This document shows positions 1 to 11,003 of a stretch of DNA of 64,000 bases, one piece after another (position 1 is the first letter of the stretch; every line of letters starts with the position of its first letter). The stretch comes from Rebecca billardiae RCC1528 (Eukaryota; Protista; Haptophyta). The stretch is from NCBI GenBank assembly GCA_965240325.2, contig OZ251226.1, positions 1,612,001 to 1,676,000 of the forward strand, written 5' to 3'. The translations under genes were made by a program, and so were the position numbers. The notes under the pieces were generated by a model. That model worked only from the letters and a program-made list of their open reading frames with translations, made no database searches and was not told the origin of the DNA.

Positions 1-714
1 GCGCGCACATCACCGATGTCGGCCGTGCCGCCGGATGCCAGCCTGCTGCCGGCCTGACAATGCTGATGCTGGCGCAGCGAGCACACTGCCAGACGAATTC
101 GGGTGATATACCGCCTCTGCAGATGATGAACGCTGTTTTCAAATACAGCTCCAGCTCCGGCTCGTCGCCATCGCAGCTCGAGCTCCCCGGCCGACCGGAC
201 TACAATTCCGGCCGCCCTGCGGGAGCCCGAGCTGCGTGGCGAGGAGCCGGAGCATGGAGCTGACCCCGCGGCCGCCACGTGGGTAGCCGGAGGATTTGCA
301 AGGATAACAAGGTGGTCACCGTAGGCCCATCAGGCACCCACGGCGCCGGGACACCTCGTGCACCTGCGGCAAGCGGCGTGGCAAGCGTGCCCGGCGGCTT
401 CGCCGTCACGGTCGGTCAGGTCGGGCGACTCGGTCGCCTCGGGTTGCAGAGCGGCAGGCAGGCTTGCGCAGTTGCAGTCGTTCGGCTGGCGGCATTGACT
501 GGGCGCGCGGGACGCACGGGATCGTCGGCGCGTCTCGCCGCGCGCGCCCGCCTGGCGCGACACTGGCGGCGGGCGTGTTGCGGCCGGCAGACACGCGCGC
601 GCCTGGCCATCATTCGCCCTTTTTTGGCGCGGGCGTCATCCTTCGGCGATCAGCCCCGGCGCGGGGATGAGCCTCGGTGAAGTTGGCGAATAAATTGTGT
701 GTGCGCCGGTTTTT

Positions 715-2235
715 TTAGATTGTAAAGTAAATCTCACCTGTCCCGTGTCCGTGGCCATCGGCCGGCAGCGTGACACAAACCGCATCATTGGCTGTGGGAC
801 TGTGTGCACGCAACTTGCTACTCAGCAGCGCGCGGGGCGGCGTGGCGTGACACACCAACGCCGCGATGTGATGCGCCCGCACGATCATGACGTGGGTGCC
901 TGGGTCCTGGCCGGCGTGCAGCGTGTCGAGCACACGGTCGGCAGCGCAGCCGTGTGCTCGTCGACGCCATGGCCCATGGCGCACGCAACGAAGGGCGTCG
1001 GCCATGGCATCGACACCGAGCTTGGACGAGAGCGCCGGGGCGTCGTCAGGAGTCGCACCGGCGAGTGCTTCGGCGCCATGCTTGTGGTACGTCGGCCTGA
1101 AGTACTGCATGACGTCGTGCAGCTTGGGCTCCTCCGCCACACGCCCCGTGTGTGGAAGCGAGGGCATGTCATCACGCGGCACGAACTTGTCGCGCATGCA
1201 CTGCGCGTAGCCGACGCTCAGATGGCCGTGCGCGTCGACGCCGCTGTCGCGCATGTGCTCGTACGGCAGCGCGTTCACCCTGAAGTCCGCCGCGCGCAGC
1301 GCGGCGACGGAGCACAGCAGCTCGTCAGGCGCGTGGTGTGTGCAGAGGTCGACGACGCTGCAGTGCCCGCCTGGCCCATGAAGCCGACGTGAGCGGGGTC
1401 GTAGCGCATGCGCCGGGGCAGCTCACCGGTGGCACCGAAGCGGCGGGCCTCCTCCAGATCGAGATCTTCGATGTCGCCGAACGGGCGCAGGAACGCAGGG
1501 CGCCACGAATGTGCAGCCGGCTCGAGGGCAGCAAGCTCAGGCTGCAGGCGGCGCTCCTCCACGCTGCACAGCACCGAGCACACGAACAGCAGGTCGGCGG
1601 CGCGCGCCCGATGCGCGTTGATGATGGCGATGGCCTCGAGACGCAACTCTTGGCCGCCCTGCGAGTAGCGTGGGACGAGTTGCCCGTCCGCGGCGCTCGA
1701 ACATGAGCACGAGCGTCGTCACATTCATGGCGTTGACCTTGACCTTGCCGCGGCGATCGGCGAAGGTGAGGTTGAGCTTGCCGAAGCCGTACGTGTTCAA
1801 ACTCGCGCGCTTGAGCACGAACGCGTCCCACCAGCGCGCGGCTTTCTCCGGAGTGAGCTCGACGCCGCCCGTGAATGTTGAGGTAATGCTACTCCTCATG
1901 GTCCTTCCACGTGTAGGCCACCTGGTCGCCGAACATGGCGTCGTCAGCGGCGTGTGCGTCGGGCATGGCCTCGGGGCGCACGGTGCGCGAGATGCTCTCG
2001 TCGTGCTCGCAGCACGCCGCGGCGAAAGCCTTGACCGCCTGGCGCGTGCCCTCGGCGTTTCTGCCCTTCTGCTCGCTGCGCCCGGGAGAGAGCCAGTAGA
2101 ATGCTCACGTGCCATCGGTGACGAGGGTCTACTGTACGCGTACGTCGGTGACGAACGTCTGCGCGTAGTGCTGGATGGAATCAATCACGTCGCGGCACGC
2201 TTCGTTGCGCTGCGTGTCGGTGAGCTCCGCTGAAT
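715..2235 (-). pseudogene. Degraded protein-coding sequence (~500 aa), family not recognised
   Basis: Protein-like segments (AELTDTQRNEACRDVIDSIQHYAQTFV..., GGVELTPEKAARWWDAFVLKR..., LRLEAIAIINAHR..., ALPYEHMRDSG...) join only across at least 3 in-frame stops and about 3 frameshifts; no clear introns at the breaks. Confidence 0.55.
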
Positions 2236-2550
2236 GTTCGTCGCGCGCCGCCATTACGCATGTCCGGGCCAGGAAAGAGGTGTCGAGTTTCCCACGATGG
2301 ATTCCAACTCACGAGCTCACTGCTTCCCTCGCGCCAAGAATTGGCGGGCCGTATTTGGCAAATTGTTTTGCCAATTCAGATCACGACGCGACGACCGTTG
2401 GTCAAAGGTTAGTACTTTAAAAATAAACCGAGCGGGACGGACCGTTGGTCGCTCTCAGCTCGCTCATCGGTCGTCCCTGTTGAACGAGGCCGAGAAAGCT
2501 CGACCCCCGCGAGATCAAGCATCCCCCCGAGGAAAGCGTAGGCAAGGAAG

Positions 2551-5500
2551 ATGTACGCACTGCCGCCAGCCGACAAGCCGGCCGAGACGCTGCTGATGCA
2601 GGGCGAGCTCAACATCAAGGTGGCGACCAACCACTACCGCTCGGGCGCCCACCTGCAAGGCACGGCGCGCTGGGCAGCGTCCCACGAGACGCTGCGCGAG
2701 GCGCGCGCGGCCTTTGTGGGCACCTCTGAGGCGGAGTGCGAGCACTTCACGGAGCGCTTGTTGCGCGAGGAGACGCGTGTCTGCGCCAATCTGGCACAGG
2801 GCCTCCTCGCGCGCGCCGACGCCGCCTCGCAAGGCGAGGAGGCGACGTGCCCGCCCGCCGTTTTGCTCAACAGGGCGATCGGCTTTGCAGACTTGGCGCT
2901 CGTGAACGAGCCGACCCACGAGAAGGCGCTTGTGCGCCGTGTGCGCGCGCTGAGCCAGCTCGGCGACGTAGGCGCCGCCCAGCTCGCCGCCGAGCAGGCC
3001 GTGGCCAACGTGCCCGCGCTCGCCAACAACGAGATCATCGCATCCGCTCGGCGCGCGCGCGTGCCACCCGGCGCGAACGGCAACGAGGCACAGCCGGTCG
3101 CGGTGCTGTGGCGGCTGGCTGTGAGCGCCGCAGCTGACGAGCGTGGCGAGGATCTCCTCTCCGCGCGCGAGGGCCACACGCTCAGCCTCGTCGGCCCAGA
3201 GCTCATCCTGATCGGCGGCATCGCCACGCAAGCGCTGCCCGTCGGCGGCGGCGGCGAGGGCGTGTGCGAGCCCTTCTCGTGCGAGCTCGACGAGCTCGAG
3301 GCGTCGGGGGGCGCGCGCTGGCGGCGGATGGAGTGGAGCTCGATGGCCGACGCACCGCCGCTCGCCATCCGCCACCATACCGCCACCGAGATCGACGGCC
3401 GCCTCTTCCTGTACGGCGGCGAGACGCCGGGCGAGCGCGCGGCCGCGCCGCCCTCGCCCGCGCGCGACGCGATCCGGATCGATCTGGTCGCCGGCGTGCG
3501 CGTGTGGACGCCCGACACGACGCGTGGTGGGCCTGGTTGCTGGGAGCGGCCCACCGTCGTCGGCCCCGAGCCCGAGGAGCGCACGATGCACGCGGCCGCG
3601 GGCGCGCGCGGCCGCCTGTGGGTGCACGGAGGCGTGGGCAACGGCGGCGCCGTGCTCGGCGACACGTGGGGCTTCGACCCGGCGACGCGGGCCTGGACGC
3701 GGTGCGCGGGCATGCCGGCGGAGAACACGCCGCCCTCGCGCTGCCTCCACGGCATGTGCGCCGACGGCGACCGCCTCTTCCTGTTCGGTGGCGCGGGTTT
3801 CCACCCGCCCTCCGTGCCCGAGGCCGAGCGCGAGAGCGCGCCGCTGCTGCGGGACAACTGGGAGATTGTCATCTCGGCGCGCAAGCCGAAGTGGCGCTTC
3901 CTGGCGGACGTGTGCTGGTCCGCCGGGGACCGGCTGAGCTCCTCCCCGGGGGTGCTGACCAACGGCCTCGCGCAGCCCGCGTGCTTCGTCGCGCCGCTCA
4001 CCTTGAGCCTCGTGAGCGAGGACTCTGGCGAGATCTGCAAGACGGGCTCGGAGGTGAAATGCCTCGTCGTTTGCGGCGGCGCCGACTTCGACACCGCGTG
4101 CGGCGGGGTGCACATCATGCCGGTGGAGACACCGCCGCACGTGGTGTTCCCGCAGCAGTACATGTGGGTGCGTGTCCAGCTCTCCGAGCGCTCGATCGGC
4201 GAGCCCCTCGTCGGCGCGCCGCTCGGCCGGCGCGGAGTGGCGGCGGTGCCGCTGCCCGACGGCCGCGTCGTGCTGTGCGGCGGCACACCGTCCGCTCGCC
4301 GCGCGCTCGAGATGACGATCCTCGACCTCGAGCCGCCGACGTTCGGGGAGACGATCGGGCCGTCGGAGTCCGCGGCGGGCAGCCCGAGCAAGGCCTCGAA
4401 GCCGCTCGGCGACGGCGTGCCCTCGCCGCAGTCGGTGGAAGACCTGCGCGGCACGATCCGCTCGGAAGGCTTGAACTGCGTGGGCGGCGGCGGCGAGCGG
4501 GCGAGCGAGATGCCGCTGCTGTCGGTCAAGTCGTGGGCGCCCTCCAGCCCGGATGGGGTCCACGAGATCTTGGAGAAGGCGCTGCTGCACCAGCACGCGC
4601 TCACGACCGTTCGCGCCGTCGCGCTTGGCGGCAGCGGCTGGGGCGGAGGCCGCTTCATGCCGGACGAGCACCTGCTGCTGGCCGCGTTCGAGGCGAGCCC
4701 GCTGCTCGAATTCCTCGATGACCGCCGCGTCCTCGCGGGCGACCGTTGGCACGACACGTCGCAGGCGCTGACGGTGCTCGCGGGCGCCATGGTCTCGCAC
4801 GCGATCGACCTCAAGATGTGCGGCGCGAACGCGCAGTCGCACGAGTGGTTCCGCCGCGTGCTCTCGTTCACGACCCAGCCGTGGGTGCGCGCGCTGCCCC
4901 GGGGTCGCGGCCACGGGCTCGGCCAGATCTTTGGCCACCAGGCGATGGAGGTCGGCCAGAGCTGGCACGGCGCGCTGTGCCCTCCGCAGGCGTTCATGCG
5001 GCGCAAGGGGTACGCGCGCAAGTGCTTCCACATCATCGACGAGCCGCTCGTCGAGGCGAGCGCGCCCGTCGCCGCCGAGCTCGCCCTCCTCGCGCACGTG
5101 ACGGACGACCCCAAAGGCGCCAAGCTGGCCGCCCTCTGCGCTCGGCTGCGGCTGGATGCGAGCGGCCTCGCGAGCGCGGCGGCGCGCGACGAGTCTGTCG
5201 CCGACGCGGTGCGCGAGTGCGTCTTCGACGAGGCCTGGTACAACCACGTCACCTTCGCGCCGACGCTCGCGGGCGAGTCCGTCCTGGCGCAGCGGATGCG
5301 CGAGGCCAACCAGGCGCCCGCCTTCTTCTACTCGACGTTTGGGTGGCGGCCGCGCGTGTGCGCGGGCTGCGGGCGCGAGGAGCAGCAGCCGGAGACGTGG
5401 AAGGCGTGCAAGGGCTGCCGCGCGGTGGCGTACTGCGGGCGCCACTGCCAGGTCTCCGCGTGGAAGGCCGCGCACAAGCCGGAGTGCGCCTCCCTCGCTG

Positions 5501-5844
5501 CTGCGGTCGCCGACGGCTCGCGCACGCCCGCGACGACCACGGCCCAGCTCGCCAAGCCGGTGGCGCGCACGCACCCCAAGGCGCCGACCGTGTCGCCGCT
5601 GCGCCGGCTGGTCGCAGACATCATCTACGGCTCGGTGCGCGCGGCGGACGAGAGCCTCGAGGCCTTCGTGCGCGCCGCGCCGCAGCAGCGTGGCCGCGAG
5701 CAGTGCAGCTGGTTCGCCCAGCTCGTCACCAAGCGCGGCCTCTCGGCCTTCACGCCGCTCGAGCGCGCGCAGCGCGCCGGCATGCCCGCGCTCGCGGAGC
5801 GCATGGAGGCAGCTGCGCGTCATGCGGGTGCGCTTGCGCAGTAG
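2551..5844 (+). CDS. TPR-like + Kelch-repeat + MYND zinc-finger protein (1097 aa, intronless)
   Basis: TPR-like EPTHEKALVRRVRALSQLG; Kelch blades SAREGHTLSLVG..LIGG, RHHTATEIDGRLFLYGG, ERTMHAAA..LWVHGG..GDTWGFDPATRAW, SRCLHGM..LFLFGG; MYND CAGC..CKGCRAVAYCGRHCQVSAWKAAHKPEC. Confidence 0.85.
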   Translation: MYALPPADKPAETLLMQGELNIKVATNHYRSGAHLQGTARWAASHETLREARAAFVGTSEAECEHFTERLLREETRVCANLAQGLLARADAASQGEEATCPPAVLLNRAIGFADLALVNEPTHEKALVRRVRALSQLGDVGAAQLAAEQAVANVPALANNEIIASARRARVPPGANGNEAQPVAVLWRLAVSAAADERGEDLLSAREGHTLSLVGPELILIGGIATQALPVGGGGEGVCEPFSCELDELEASGGARWRRMEWSSMADAPPLAIRHHTATEIDGRLFLYGGETPGERAAAPPSPARDAIRIDLVAGVRVWTPDTTRGGPGCWERPTVVGPEPEERTMHAAAGARGRLWVHGGVGNGGAVLGDTWGFDPATRAWTRCAGMPAENTPPSRCLHGMCADGDRLFLFGGAGFHPPSVPEAERESAPLLRDNWEIVISARKPKWRFLADVCWSAGDRLSSSPGVLTNGLAQPACFVAPLTLSLVSEDSGEICKTGSEVKCLVVCGGADFDTACGGVHIMPVETPPHVVFPQQYMWVRVQLSERSIGEPLVGAPLGRRGVAAVPLPDGRVVLCGGTPSARRALEMTILDLEPPTFGETIGPSESAAGSPSKASKPLGDGVPSPQSVEDLRGTIRSEGLNCVGGGGERASEMPLLSVKSWAPSSPDGVHEILEKALLHQHALTTVRAVALGGSGWGGGRFMPDEHLLLAAFEASPLLEFLDDRRVLAGDRWHDTSQALTVLAGAMVSHAIDLKMCGANAQSHEWFRRVLSFTTQPWVRALPRGRGHGLGQIFGHQAMEVGQSWHGALCPPQAFMRRKGYARKCFHIIDEPLVEASAPVAAELALLAHVTDDPKGAKLAALCARLRLDASGLASAAARDESVADAVRECVFDEAWYNHVTFAPTLAGESVLAQRMREANQAPAFFYSTFGWRPRVCAGCGREEQQPETWKACKGCRAVAYCGRHCQVSAWKAAHKPECASLAAAVADGSRTPATTTAQLAKPVARTHPKAPTVSPLRRLVADIIYGSVRAADESLEAFVRAAPQQRGREQCSWFAQLVTKRGLSAFTPLERAQRAGMPALAERMEAAARHAGALAQ

Positions 5845-6919
5845 CCGAGCACTCTCGGGCCAGGGCGGGGGCGCAGCGGAGCGTCGGAGCGCGTGCGCGC
5901 AGCACGCCGCTCCACGCTGCGCGCCGGCGCCCGCGGGCAGCGCGGGGATGGCTGTCATGTGCCACTGTGTGACTCGAGCTCCCCGCCTGCTGCATGTTCT
6001 TGCCTGCTGTGACATGAATAAACGTGATGCGGGCCCCAGCCGCAGCACTTGGCGGTCGACGGCGTGTACGTCGTGTACGACCTCGGCCCGGCGTGACGCA
6101 CTGATTAGCTATAGTGATTGTGCGCGCCGTCGAGTCATCAATGATTCAGTAAATCAGACATCAGTGTTACAGTAGTGAATCAGTGTTATCGTCAGCTGGC
6201 TGCTCAGCAGCTGCTATGAGTATGACACTGCTATGACTGCTGCTGAACGTACTTATAGTTATAATCGTCGTCACTGACGAACAGCAGCAGATCGTCGACT
6301 CTGATCTGAGACTCTGATGATCGATGGACGATGCGCGCATCACGCCGGCCGTCGCGACGTCGCGACACTTTGACTTGTCACTTGCGTGCGACTGTGAGTG
6401 TGAGCCGCCGAGCGCCCGTGAATCGCGTGACGATGACTCATCGTCAGTCGATCATCTGATGAGTCGATTTACGACACTGTCTGTGAGTGTCTGACGACTG
6501 ACGACTGATGCTGACGACATCATTCATAATGATTATTTATAATAATACCCAATAACGATAAAACTCACTTTTAACAATACGCAAATAATTTTATTTTCAA
6601 ACGGTAATAAAGCAGAGTGCGTGCGCTGTGACGGCGGCTGCTGTTCGATGATGTCATCCAGGCTCGGATGGCCGCCTGAGAAAGGCTGATTATCACTTCA
6701 GGCTGATGGGTCATCAATCAAGCCGCTCAAGTCGCCGACTGAAATCTCAGGCCTTCATAGTCATTCTCAGGCGACAGGCGCCTACGTACGACAGCAGCAA
6801 GCAGCTGATGTCCGACTGTGACTAAGCTACTGCCGTTGACGATGACGATGAGCAGCATCATCATCAGCAATGCTATGCTGACGATGACGATGTATAGTCT
6901 CATCATCACTGCTCACTAA

Positions 6920-8790
6920 ATGACCGCGTTCCGCGGTCCTTTTCCGTAGAACGAACGTAGTTCGGGGCCCGCGGTGGCGGTGCACCCTCCGTCGCACCCT
7001 CCGTCGCGATCGAGAGTGGGCCCGCCCGGCCGCGAGCCCGGCAGCGAGTAGACTCCAGCGGCGCGCCGCCGCCCGCCGCGCGGCCGGGCGGGCCCATCGG
7101 ATCGGGCCATCGCAGCCGCCGGCGAGGCGCCGATTGTGTACAGTCGAAGTCATCTGTCATGGCCGACTGAGATCGTCGGCACGCGCTGCTGCTGCGAGAT
7201 CGTCGGCGTCGGCACGCGCTGCTGCTGCGAGGGCTGCTCGCTCGCCAGCTGACCGAGGCACTCGAGCAAGCCAAGGTATGCGGCACGCCTCGTCGCAGCC
7301 AGCCAGGGCCTCCATGATTTTGTACAGCACCTCGCACGCGTCCTGGCTCCTGCTGCTGCTGCCCAAACGCCGTTGTCCACCGACAGACCTCCGCGATTGC
7401 GTCGTGGAGCGGCTCGAGCAAGCTACGCGTCGGCCCCACCTCGCTGGGCCACTCGCAGTTGAAATGCGCGAGCGCCAGCGAGCGCATGCTGGACTCACGA
7501 TGGGGTTGGTGCACTGCTCCGCCGCGGCAGATGTGGCGAGCGAGACGATGGAAGGGCACGCGAGCAGCGCGGCCAGCAGCGAGCCGAGGTAGCACGTGAC
7601 GCCTAGGTTGAGCGTGCCCAGCAGGCTGAGCGAGCCGGCCGGGCGCCCCCGCTGCGGTTGTGCTTGCTCTGCAGCGGGCATTTCCCCGCCGAGCGCGGCG
7701 AGTGCCTCGAAGCGGCTGCCAGCTGTTGGGCCGGATGATGAGGAGGGAGGGAGCTGGCCTGCGGGGCGCGTGGTGAAGTCGGTGATCAACCGCGCAGCGC
7801 CACCGCTGCCGAGTGCGCCCTCCGCCGCCAGCACCTTGCGGACCTGGCCAAGGAGCTGCTTGATCGCTTTTGTTGACACGCCGTACTCGCTCGCGGCGCC
7901 GGGGATGGTCTGCTTGTGCCTGGCGACGGAGATGGCGGCAGCGGTGCTCTGGAACGTGGTGTTGTTCACCCGCGTCACCGTCCTCGAGTCGAGCAGCGCG
8001 TTCAATACGCGGCGAACGTAGTCCTGGTCGGCGTCGCCGGTCGAGGTGCTGCTTGCCATCGCCCCCCACGTGCGATCGGGCCCACCTCTGTTGTTTTGCG
8101 TCGGTGACGGGGCCGCGACGACTCGACGCGAGCATCTTCAATAATCTATGATCATCATCAGGGTTACGACTACGTGAAGCGGTAGAATAGAATTTCATTT
8201 ACGAGCATTGATACGACGCGGTGCAACGTGAAGCGGTTTTTTTAAAGATACGACGCGGTCTAATGACCCATTGTTCATACATGTACATGAATGGGTCGTC
8301 ATAAACGGCGGGCGGCTCATTTATGACCAGACCGGGCCCTGGGTGATTGATGATCAGAACCCGCAAAAGCTAGCGGCAGTCCAGCACACAAGTAATGAAT
8401 TAATAACAAGCGCAGTCCAGCACACAAGTAATGAACTAATGGCCCGCGGTGCCGGCTGGCTATCTAGATACGTCGTCATCGCTCCTTGATGACCTTGCGG
8501 CAATCTCATTGGCTGGAAAAAAATCGCTTGTAACGGTTCGTTACGTTATGGATCCTAAAGGGCGTGAAGTTTTTTGGACGGGCGTCACTCCAATATGAAC
8601 TTGTCGTGGGCGCGACCTTTGTCGCCGGATGGATACCTCTAGTGCGGTCTCAAAATTCGAAACTCGGTCTCCTCCAGCCCTGAAAATCGTCCCCCGTCCC
8701 TTTTTTCTTGATCAAAGATCTTTTTGAAACGTGGTTAGGGCCCACGGAGCGGGCTCCACGCTGCGCGCTCCGCCCTGCACCGCGGGCCAT
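6920..8790 (-). mobile_element. Helitron2/Helentron-like non-autonomous element, copy A (HTH-USP cargo)
   Basis: Near-identical to 29066-30860 in opposite orientation; 5' ATGGCCCGCGGTG at 8790, subTIR at 6966-6976, terminal hairpin and CAT at 6920. Confidence 0.75.
7157..8059 (-). pseudogene. HTH-like + truncated USP (peptidase C19) ORF inside element A
   Basis: USP Cys-box-like GTLNLGVTCYLGSLLAALLAC and QDACEVL; compensated frameshift (+2 then +7 relative to copy C); no His box. Confidence 0.65.
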
Positions 8791-9031
8791 AATCAATTAT
8801 TAGTAGCAGCATCGTCAGCGAACTTACGCCGCGATGTATAGCAGTGCTAGTCCGGTAGTGCCGAGACTGATTACTGATACGGACGATGTCGACGCCTCAC
8901 GACGTGACGACCGGACGACTCGGCGCCGCTGACACTGAGTTATTCTGGCGGCCGGGACTACGCGCGTCGCAATACAACGACGCCATCAATAACTGATGCG
9001 GCGGTCTCGGGTCTGCGCTATAAATATAATT

Positions 9032-10715
9032 ATGGCCCGCGGTGCAGGGCGGAGCGCGCAGCGTGGAGCCCGCACCAGCGGGCCCGAACAACGTTTCAAA
9101 AAGATCTTTGATCAAGAAAACAGGGACGGGGGACGATTTTCATGGCTGGAGGAGACCGAGTTTCGATTTTGAGACTCCGCCCTTACAGGTGCATTAGCGT
9201 CGAAAAAGGTCGCGCCCACGGCAAGTTCATAGTAAAGCGTGGAGTGACGCCCGTCCAAAAAACTTCACGCCCTTTAGGATCCCTGACGTAACGAACCGTT
9301 ACAAGCGATTTTTTCCGGCCAATGAGATTGCAGCAAGGTCCAAGGAGCGATGACGTATCTAGATAGAGATTGCCGCGAACCGATGTGACCATGTACGTCC
9401 CTTGAATCAGTTGAATCAACTATTCAATCGCGCCGTGTCTGTATCAGGAGCCGACGAGGCAAGGGTCAGTAGCCGATGGGCCAACCTCGGCGAATCTCAA
9501 TAGTCAATACTATCTGACGCGAACGGACTTGGCGGTTGGGCGCGCGCGTGGCCCCGGGCGGCGGCCCACCAGAGGCGGCCCGCGTTTGGAGGCGAGCCAC
9601 GGGCACGAGGCTCACGAGCGACCGACGCGGGTGAGGACGGCGATGGGCAGGTGCGCGCGGCGAATGGCGCCTGGAGCGCGCGGCTGCGGCGGGTCCCGAC
9701 TGCCGTCGACATCGCGTTCGTCGTGCCCCCGCTCACTCCGCGCGCCCCCGCCGCCCCTGCCGCCCTGTCGATGCCTCGGCGCGGCCTTGCGCGGCCCCGG
9801 CGCGTCCGCGAGCCGGCGCCGCAGCCGCCGCCCTGTGTTCGGGCTCTCGCAAGCTCGGGGGCAGCGGCGCCTGATGCCGGACTGATCGATCTCTGAGCCT
9901 TCGACTTCACCACGCGCCGCCCTTGCCATGCCTTTCCGGGGTCTCCCAGAACTCTTCTTGATTGAGAGAGAGCAGGCGCGCCGACGATCCGAGTCCATCG
10001 TCGGTCGACTCTGAGCGAGGGCTACGCCTCGGAACTGAACGGTACTCTACGAGGAGGACGAGCTGCGCGGGCGACGGTGGTGCGTGACGTCCCCAGAGCT
10101 GGCCGTGCCTCTGCAACGCGTGCCGAGCCTGATCGAGGTGTGTCAGCTGCCCGTGCACGCGCGGCGAGTGCGCGAACCGGATCACCGGTGCCCTCGCACC
10201 TCGGCACCGTGCTCCCTCGGGCTGTCAGCTCCGCGTGGCCTGGCGTGCACGTAGAGTTGCGCTCATGCGTCGATCACGCCTCGCGCCCGCCTGTCGGCCG
10301 TCGCGCAGGCGCTGGTCGAACCCTACTCGGACCCTACTCCTCCAGCCCTACTCCCGGGCGCTGCCGGCGCGGGGGGTGACCCCGGGGACAGCGGTCAGCA
10401 GCAGCGGCCCGAACGAATCCGCGGCCCCGCACCGTGCTCCCTGGCTGTCAGCTCCGCGTGGCCTGGTGTGCACGTGGAGTCGCGCTCATGCGTCGATCAC
10501 GCCTCGTCGCATCCGCCTGTACACAATCGGCGCCGCGCCGGCGGCTGCAATGGGCCCGCCCGGCGCGGCGGGCGGCGGCGCGCCGCTGATGGAGTCTAGT
10601 TGTACGGGCATATGCAACTGGTCTGTCAATAGACGACTGCGACGGAGGGTGCACCGCCACCGCGGGCCCTGAACTACGTTCGTTCTACGGAAAAAGGACC
10701 GCGGAACGCGGTCAT
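9032..10715 (+). mobile_element. Same element family, copy B (different internal cargo)
   Basis: Shares ~335 bp of 5' end and ~200 bp of 3' end (...CACCGCGGGCC...GACCGCGGAACGCGGTCAT) with A/C; middle unrelated; head-to-head with A, 241 bp apart. Confidence 0.75.
10206..10506 (+). repeat. ~78-bp direct repeat pair inside element B
   Basis: ACCGTGCTCCCT..GCTGTCAGCTCCGCGTGGCCTGG..GCGCTCATGCGTCGATCACGCCTCG at ~10206 and ~10431. Confidence 0.85.
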
Positions 10716-11003
10716 ATTTATATATATATATATTATTGATGGCGGACGAAGTCAGACTATCAGCCTACGGAGTACGGATACGACGACTACTACTGATAGT
10801 CACTACTGTAATGCTGTCTGATGCGCTGATGAGTGATGACGCTCGGATTACTACGACGATGACGATGCGCGCGCAACGACGCGCGACGATGATGATGATC
10901 ATCATGATGATCAGGATTCAGGCTGCTGGCATCTATCACAACTCACAAGCTTGACCACCGCGCCGAGATGCCGTTCATTCATCACCATCATCACTCATCG
11001 TCA

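Noticed and set aside
2515-6048. Long antisense and alternate-frame ORFs (also 23692-25242, 25609-27660, 32972-35125, 49827-51332 and others)
   Set aside because: Shadows of real genes in very GC-rich DNA; Arg/Ala-rich with no motifs
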